Positions 55,228-64,000 of a stretch of 64,000 bases of DNA are shown one piece after another. This DNA comes from Octopus sinensis (Eukaryota). The stretch is from contig NC_043006.1 in the NCBI RefSeq assembly GCF_006345805.1, positions 7,006,001-7,070,000 on the forward strand, given 5' to 3'. Numbering within the stretch: the stretch's first letter is position 1; each line of letters begins with the position of its first letter. The position numbers and the translations under genes were made by a program. The notes under the pieces were generated by a model. That model had not been told where the DNA came from and did no database searches. It saw nothing but the letters and a program-made list of their open reading frames with translations.

Positions 55228-56167
55228 TATATTATAAACTTAAAAATACTAACTTATTAAATGGTATCAGTGAATATTGATTAATTGGTATATACTCGTA
55301 TTTAATAAAGGAGTACAGAGGTAAAAGAACATGCTAACTATATATTAATTTAATTATAATCTAAGCAGTTAAATTTAAGTAGTGAATATACCAGTATTGT
55401 TTTATATAAGCTAAGTATGAATTTATAGAGGTACAAATATTAGATTTATTTTATAAATAAATAAATAATAAATAAAATAATAAAGAAATAAAATAATCAG
55501 GTAAAGCAGAACACCATAGAATAGGAAAAAAATAGTTTTATCACTAAAAACATGATAAAGTATATGTAGCTTATTAACCACAATAGAGAAGATATATAGA
55601 AAATGTATAATAATTCAAAATATATTAAACTAAAAATTATATATTTAATTATTTAGCTAGTATCAATAAAGACTGATACCTGGTATTAGCTAAGGGAACA
55701 TTTATATTATGGGACATTCTAATTTTACACTAACTTTTTTAAAACTAAGGGTTATATTATTGGGTTTTAAAATTATTATTGTTACTCCATACATGATATT
55801 TATTGTTTCTTAGGGGTATTTAAGTAGAAGGGCTACTTATATAAAGGCCCTTATAAATACTAAGATGAGGAGGGTAGAGCACTTTCAGAAAGGGATAAAT
55901 CAAGTAAATTCTATAGATCATTTCGAACAATATTGCCTGAAACGATCGTACTGCATTACCTCTGGATATCCTTGTTGCTTATTTTGATTCTAATCACCTA
56001 ATGAAATTGTATAATACCGTAATAAATTAGGCTGCCTGAACTTAGGTATTATATTCATCTGAATCTAAATTTTTGCTGAACTCATATATACACATATATA
56101 TATATGCGTGTGTATATGAAAATATACATGTGTTTTTACGCACACATACGTAGGTAGGGATATATAA

Positions 56168-56390
56168 GGCGGTGAGCTGGCAGAGTCGTTAGCACGCCGG
56201 GTGAATTGCGTAGCCATATTTCGTCTGCCGCTACGTTCTGAGTTCAAATTCCGCCGAGGTCGATTTTGCCTTTTATACTTTCGGAGTCGATAAATAAAGT
56301 ACCAGATACGCACCTAATCGACTTAATCCGTTTGTCTGTCCTTGTTTGTCCTCTCCGTGTTTAGACCCTTGTGGGTAGTAAAGAAATAGG
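56168..56390 (+). mobile_element. SINE family A
   Basis: Full match; taggtagg(g/c)atata on both flanks. Confidence 0.85.
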
Positions 56391-57002
56391 TAGGCATATA
56401 TTTATGCTTATATTTAACTGTGTGTGCATGTCTATGTACTTGTGTGTTGTGTATGTAATGTTTATGAATATATTTTTGCATCTATAGCATGATGCTGCGC
56501 ATTTAAAGCATTTAAAGACGCCGGCAATGCAATGTTATATGAGGCAGTTTTAGATGCCATCGAATCGGGTCGTTTGCCTATATGCAGGTTAACATGTCTG
56601 AGCTTCACTAAGGGATATGGTCGAAGAAGCTATTTGTATTTAAAATATACTAAGACTGTTCTGTGCTATAAGTTTTGCAATGCTCTCAAACTTCCGTTTC
56701 AGTCAGCGCATTGCAAAGAGGTCAAGAGTGGAACAGTTTGGAATGTCTCGTGGGGTCTAGAATTCAGATTAAGAATATTCTCAACATATTCGAATGTTTC
56801 TTCCTGACAATACTTTAAACTGTACATTGGCGTCTATGATATTTAATTTTAACATAAATTTATTCATAACGTGAATCTGTTGCGATAGCAATATGGTTTG
56901 GTGGCAGGGGTTTGTCCATTTACTGTTAAGTACTGTGCATTTCAGATACATGGTTTTTCTACAAACCTTCACACACACGCACACACATATGTATGTATGT
57001 AA

Positions 57003-57033
<31 letters not shown>

Positions 57034-58246
57034 TGTATGTATGTATGTATGTATATAAGTATATATATAGGGAAATCGAAATTATTATATCTTTATTGAT
57101 CAAAATTAGTGATAATATTTGACTTTAGCTTTACTTACCCATTAAAGTTAGAAGACAGTAATTACATTACTCAACTTGGTATAAAAATGCAAAAATATTT
57201 CATTTCTTCTTCGAGCTGCGTTTTAGTCTACCATTTTATGAATACATTAATAATTTTAAATTCAATCTGAACCAGCTTAAACTTATACTAGAAGCGCAGT
57301 GCTAAGTAACATTTTAAAGTAATATATCTGAAGTTAAAATATGAAAATATAGTTGCAGGCTGCGAGTAATGTGTCATGATGTATAAATCTAGTAAATTCT
57401 TTTCTTACTACTACATTCAACCTTTCATTTTTAGCAGACGAGTCAAGAGCCTCGGTTTCAGTATATTCTTTGATCGTAGATATGCTGTCATTTGAAACGA
57501 AACCCAAGGGCATCGTACAAAAGCATTATATAATTATACAATCGAATTTCCTTTTTATTGTTATGTGACATTCTTTAGTATAAATGTCAATGTATGATTG
57601 GGATCATGAATATATTTATATCTGAAATTTATGGATCTAAAAAGTTCAACAAAGAAATATTTAAAGAACTGCGTATTCCTAGAATATACGTCACTGGGAA
57701 AGTATTTTCAGATCATATATTAGTTGAAATATTCGCTGAAGAGGAATATATAGATATTAGATGTAGGAAAAATGTCATAGTATACATTTATAGCAGTAAA
57801 TGAATACATCTTAGTGTTGTTCAATAATTAATGCCACAAATAACATCAAAGAGAGCCACGTTCAACATCAAGTCTCGAAAAATAAATATAGGGCACATTT
57901 GTTCAATATATGTAAGTTAATATCCACAGAGGTAATTATATATACATTTATCAATTATTAGGGTATACGTTGAAATATATAATACTGATTTAATAATTAA
58001 TTTTATTTTTTTCAGTCACTCTGCTGAAAACACGAAGGGTTTCTTTCGATTCATATTTCTGGCAGGAGCATTTGTTAACCAATCGTTATTTAGAAATATT
58101 GTTTGGGTTATACAATGAATACTATTCTAGACATTGGATCACACTCGTAAGCATGCGCAGATTCCTGCATACCAACATCACCACACATATATGCATACAT
58201 ACAAACATACATACATACATACATACATACATACACACACACACAC

Positions 58247-58284
<38 letters not shown>

Positions 58285-58491
58285 ATATAATATAATATAT
58301 AATACGTAAATATATGTATATATACATACATATATGTATGTATGTATATATGCATATATTTATACATTATTTATATTACTATATTGATCGAACGACACGC
58401 ATCCTTTTCCAAGTAAGTTATATATATGCGTATATATATATATATATATTATATATACGCATATATATAACTTACTTGGAAACGAAATATA

Positions 58492-58537
<46 letters not shown>

Positions 58538-58759
58538 TACGCATATACGGTCAGGGAGCGACCATTATTTCGCACTTATGGAGCTCTTACATGTATAACT
58601 GAGTAGTCGGACTCAGCATTGTTCTATGCACCAACCAGAGTATGATGTGGAGGCTGTTAATTTGGCCTTGAACTCATCCTGGTTTGATGAAACTAGTCTG
58701 CTACACTCGGTCAACATGGCATGGCGGAGGGGTGTACCTTTTTATATTTTACCTGAGAG

Positions 58760-58925
58760 TTGTTAAGTCGATTACATCGACCATACCGTGCAACTGGTAC
58801 TTAATTTATTGCCCTTGGAATGATGGAAAGTAAAGTCGACCTCGGTAGAATTTGAACTCAGAACATAAAAAACAGATGAAATACCTCTATGCATTTCAGC
58901 CGGCGTGCTAACAGTTCTGCCAGTT
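58760..58925 (-). mobile_element. Diverged family-A SINE
   Basis: ttaagtcgattacatcgacc..aagtcgacctcgg..tttgaactcagaac..gctaac..ctgccag. Confidence 0.75.
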
Positions 58926-59555
58926 CTGACTAATAGATAGGTAGATATACATATATGTATATACATATGTGTGCATGTGTTTGAGAGTAGAAATTGTACT
59001 GCATAGAAAACGAAACATCGATATATTTGTGAAATTGATTATATACATTATACACACCACTTGAAGCAACACAGATAACACGCTGTCTTTAATAATTAGT
59101 AGTCTAATATAGAGTGGCTTGCATTTAGAATAAGATGCAGTGACCTTTTCACTGAATGCTGTTCTTTTTTTTTTTGACTACAGCAAACCATCCATTATTG
59201 AGTCATTTTCTAACCTATTATTATTGGTACAATGCTTATTGTACGACTTTATTTATCATAGTATTTTTTTCGTTTATCATTGTATCGGTAGCTTCAGTAT
59301 ATTATGTAAAATGAAACTCCATGAATAGTCCCAGTTATACGATAGTTTTAATCTACTTACAACTTTTTGTGTGTAAATACTATATAATATATATACACAA
59401 ACTAGCATATAGTGAAAAGATCACATACAGAGAAACACATAAACACAGATACACACATATAAGTATATATATACATATAGCTGACAGTCTCTGTACTCAT
59501 ATGTTAAGCGTAATTTTGCTATTATGGCTCAAGCTATCAGCTATCTACATGTATA

Positions 59556-59649
<94 letters not shown>

Positions 59650-59675
59650 ATATATACATACATACATACATATAC

Positions 59676-59733
<58 letters not shown>

Positions 59734-59782
59734 CTATATATACACTTATATACATATATATGTGTATACATTTATATATATA

Positions 59783-60621
59783 GTAGCAGTACCGTCCGAA
59801 TCGTGCGCACGTGCGTTCTATGCACACGCGACTTAAGCTAAACTTGGATGAAGTTCAATCAAAATTCAATTATTTTGGTTTTAAAATGAATCATTTAAAG
59901 CCCTCCATTTTTTGCGCTTCTGCGTTCCATTTCCTCAATAGGAAGTACGTAGAAGCGTTTCATAAATTTTTGTTGATCAGATAATTGCATTGTTGAATTA
60001 TTCTTTTAGATCAGTATTTCTCAATAGGGATTTCAGGGGAGAGTTTCAGAATGCTGCTGCCGATGTATCGTGATGATCAAAAATCCGGCCTGCTAAAATT
60101 TGGTTAAAGTAATTCAAACAGCAGACTCAACGCAAAATGGTCACATTTAATTCAAAGCGTTAAAAATGTTATGAAAACAATTGGTATGTGTTCACAAAGT
60201 CCAAACGATTAATACGAAAAAACCCTCCAGGCTACATCCCCCAAATTAATTTCTTTGCCGAATTTCTACAATGTTTACGGCGATTCATTTTTATATCTTG
60301 ATTTGTTATTTTTCCTGCAATTTACGCATGCTTGCACGCGTGGTGAACACAGTTCACGTCAAACAGCTGACTGAGTAAAGTTCACTATTCAATGCATGGG
60401 ATAAGGCCTAAACAAACACATTATCGATTTTTGCACTTGCGAGATGAATTTCGGAACAGAAATAGCGCAGTTCAATTTTCATTCGCCAAAACTTTAAGTG
60501 ATCCATTTTTGGTGGTTCTACGATTTGTCGGCTAGGAGGAGATGTGCCGGGAAGTTAAACACACAGACACACACACACAGATACATACACAGACACACAA
60601 GTTGAGTTTTATATATATAGA
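59783..60621 (-). mobile_element. Non-autonomous Helitron-like element
   Basis: Minus-strand A|TCTATATATATAAAACTCAAC start; ends ..ggtactgctac|ta (CTAG mutated). Confidence 0.65.
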
Positions 60622-60666
60622 TATATACACACACTAATACATACATATATATATATTATATATATA

Positions 60667-60699
<33 letters not shown>

Positions 60700-61067
60700 C
60701 CCAAAATTGTTTGTGTATATATATGTGTGTCTTTGAGTGTGTGTATACAAATATACATTCAAAAATAGGGACATGCGTATAAGATGGGATAAGGCGTATA
60801 CACATGTGCATATGCATATATGAATGCACAAACATACATATCCTTAGGAGTATAAATCCTCGAATAGGAACGTGGGGAGTGTGAGATTTCCAACCCAGGA
60901 CTAGAGGGGAATTCATTAATTGCAGATTAGGGGATACCAAGATGAAGATAAAACTTTTTCCTCTGTGAGTGTGCTGGAGTGATATGGGGTACTATGTCTT
61001 ATCATATATCGGGTGTCCTGAGAGTAATCAGTGGTGGAACAAGCGGAAAAGATGACAATCAGCCGCT

Positions 61068-61660
61068 AGAAAGATTGGCAGAAACGTTAGCACGCCGGGC
61101 GAAATGCGTAGCCGTATTTCGCCTGCCGCTACGTTCTGAGTTCAAATTCCACCGAGGTCGACTTTGCCTTTCATCCTTTCGGGGTCGATAAATTAAGTAC
61201 TAGTTACGCACTGTGGTCGATGTAATCGACTTAATCCGTTTGTCTGACCTTGTTTGTCCCCTCTGTGCTTAGCCCCTTGTGGGTAGTAAAGAAATAGGTA
61301 TTTCGTCTGCCGCTACATTCTGAGTTCAAATTCTGCCGAGGTCGACTTTGCCTTTCATCCTTTCGCGGTCGATAAATTAAGTACCACTTACGCACTGGGG
61401 TCGATGTAATCGACTTCTCCGTTTGTCTGTCCTCTCTGTGTTTAGCCCATTGTGGGTAGTAAAGAAATAGAAATAGGTATTTCGTCTGGCGTTTCATTTT
61501 GAGTTCAAATTCCGCGGAGGTCTACTTTGCCTTTCATCCTTTCAAGGTCGATAAATTATGTACCAGTTACGCACTGGGGTCAATGTAATCGACTTCATCC
61601 GTTTGTCTGTCCTAGTTTGTTCCCTCTATGATTAGCCCCTTTGTGGGCAATAAAGAAAGA
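61068..61660 (+). mobile_element. SINE family A, head plus three tandem body units
   Basis: Junctions gaaata|ggtatttcg at ~61296 and ~61476. Confidence 0.85.
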
Positions 61661-63074
61661 AGAAAGATGCCATAGAGCCGGTCCCCAGAACTCGGTTTCC
61701 CTCTACGAGCACTTCATTTGATTGCGACGGAGTAAAGTAGATAAGTAACAGTACCACTTATTGTCCTGCCTTTTCAGCTGCTTCTTTACCCCAGCTAGAT
61801 TTCTCTACCACTACTACACGCATATTTTTATTTTCTATTTTCTTCACACTCAGGTAATGGATCGTGCCTGAAACAGGAGGTCATACAACCCCTATGACAA
61901 ATTTAATTATCGAGCCTTGTTATATATCTCTCTCCTAAATATTTTGAGCTAAACATCAAGGGAAATATTTACATTTGCTATGAAAACGTACAAACATCTA
62001 ACGATATATTTTTAAATATTCATGTTTCTAAACAGAATTCTGTCTGATTAGCTGAATTGCTGTCTATTCAGTGTTGGATTTTGGTTAATAGTAATTCCCA
62101 CATAGTTTATTTCACTTTGTCACGCCATCATGTGATCTTAAAAGGATATAAGCCGCAAAGATACAAGGAGCTGACCGATGAGTGAAAAATGTACGCAGAA
62201 AATTTTCAACGAATAATATTTTTCTCTGCTGGGATAAATATCAAAGAAAGAAATAATTGCAAGAATTTAAGACATGATTTCAAAGAGTTACTGCTAACGG
62301 TTAAGATAAAATCGTATATTTGTGATATATCGGTTTCACTGCCTGTAGTCAGTGTAGCGCATTTAACACCAAAATAGCCGCTTGATCAACACGTCATTAG
62401 TTTTTTTTTATATATAGAACAATAATTTTTACATGTAGAAACTGGATTATAACCCTTTTTATGGCTAGCGGCGATTTGTATGAAGAAGAGAACAAGCAAA
62501 GAACAGAGCAAAGTGAAATAATTTTTTAAATGAATTCATTAAGATAACATGAATATATTGTTTTCGTGAATGACGTACGCAAACAACTGTTAATCCTCAT
62601 TGAATCAAATTCTGAGCTGTAAGTCCGGGAAATTAAGCATTAACTTCAAAAAACATAAAATAGATTATCATTCTCAAAAGACGATATTATCTATGTCAGC
62701 GGATGTGAGGTTGCTTGTCTTCAAGATTCTGAGATTCTCATGATGAAAATTGAACAGATGTTACTATATTTAGTAAGAATCCCCAAAAGGTTCAGGTTTC
62801 TCGGACGGTTTCTAAGTCAACAAAAATTTCTGTAAGGTTTCAGTGATTTATCGACGAAATATTGCAACCAACCGATCAAGACCATTTGTTTCCATTATGA
62901 TGCCAGGCCTCATGGTCACGGAAGATAATTCATTGTTCATTACCTGAATGTGGGAAAACTGAGAGAAAAATATCAAGGTCAAATAATCGATCATAGCAGA
63001 AACGAGATATAGTTATTTCATTTGGTACTTATGTTATTGGTTTCTATCGGATTGCTAACTTACACCGTGCAATA

Positions 63075-63132
63075 AAAGCACAGAACACTGTTTTACAAAT
63101 GATCAGATATAGATACGCAAACACACACACAA

Positions 63133-63222
<90 letters not shown>

Positions 63223-63282
63223 CTTTGTGTGTGTGTTTGCGTATTTATATCTGATCATTTGTAAAACAGTGTTCTGTGCTTT
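63075..63282. repeat. ~208-bp palindrome centred on (TA)n
   Basis: ~60-bp unique arms with one mismatch. Confidence 0.9.
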
Positions 63283-63305
63283 ATATGTATGTGCTTTATA
63301 TATAT

Positions 63306-63670
63306 GTGGAGGCGCAATGGCCCAGTGGTTAGTGCAGCGGACTAGCGGTCATAGGATCGCGGTTTCGATTCCCAGACCGGGCGTTGTGAGTATTTATTGA
63401 GCGAAAACACCTAAAAGCTCCACGAGGCTCCGGCAGGGGATGGTGGTGATCCCTGCTGTACTCTTTCACCACAACTTTCTCTCACTCTTACTTCCTGTTT
63501 CTATTGTACCTGTACTTCAAAGGGCCGACCTTGTCACTCTCTGTGTCACGCTGAATATCGCCGAGAACTACGTTAAGGGTACATGTGTCTGTACACGTTA
63601 ATTTCACGAGCAGGCTGTTCCGTTGATTCGGATCAACCGGAACCCTCGTCGTCGTAGCCGACGGAGTGCT
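63306..63670 (+). mobile_element. SINE family C, near full length
   Basis: tRNA-like head as at 13858; ends ggaaccctcgtcgtcgtagccgacggagtgc before (TA)n. Confidence 0.8.
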
Positions 63671-63683
63671 TCATATATATATA

Positions 63684-63722
<39 letters not shown>

Positions 63723-64000
63723 ACACACACACACACACAACACACACACACACACATATATATATAATATATAATATATATATATATATAATATATATAT
63801 ATATAATATACAACATTGGTTGGCATCCTTTTTGTCTCGGGAGACAATGAAGTTGCGCATAAAATAGTCTAGTCCGGCTTTTACATTTCATGTCCTAATA
63901 CATTTCCTGCTGTGGCTGTGTAGTCCTATCCTGGACAAACACTCCCTCTGGCAGGTACCGCAAATGTAGCGAAGACTGTTACTGGCTGGTTGTAATGCCA

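Noticed and set aside
55231-55920. Mitochondrial insertion (NUMT)
   Set aside because: No recognisable mitochondrial protein or rRNA motif in the frames I translated; kept only as an unassigned anomaly
57594-57803. 69-aa ORF as a gene
   Set aside because: Length expected by chance and no motif

Overview
Repeat-saturated, AT-rich metazoan DNA. The SINE families and microsatellite load suggest a coleoid cephalopod such as Octopus (inference, not searched). No host protein-coding exon could be identified with confidence, so this is probably intergenic or a large intron. Most long ORFs in the track are microsatellite artefacts. Recognisable content: three tRNA-headed SINE families in many copies; decayed LINEs (R4/Dong-type RLE elements stacked on (AAT)n, a CR1-type RT, RTE 3' ends); a Penelope-like RT fragment; mariner and rosa-like deletion derivatives and a MITE; non-autonomous Helitrons. 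The most notable signal is a set of dissimilar 170-400 bp non-coding elements, mostly sitting in (TA)n tracts, that each carry a minimal type I hammerhead ribozyme fold with a palindromic stem III. Between them they show three forms of the core 3:8 base pair: C3:G8 (17473-17516, 46461-46495), U3:A8 (30936-30978) and G3:C8 (31356-31408). There is also a compensatory stem II change between two inverted copies (9464-10001) and a 364-bp terminally redundant, rod-folding unit (30742-31145) resembling a Penelope pLTR or retrozyme. All folds were derived by eye and need computational and biochemical confirmation.
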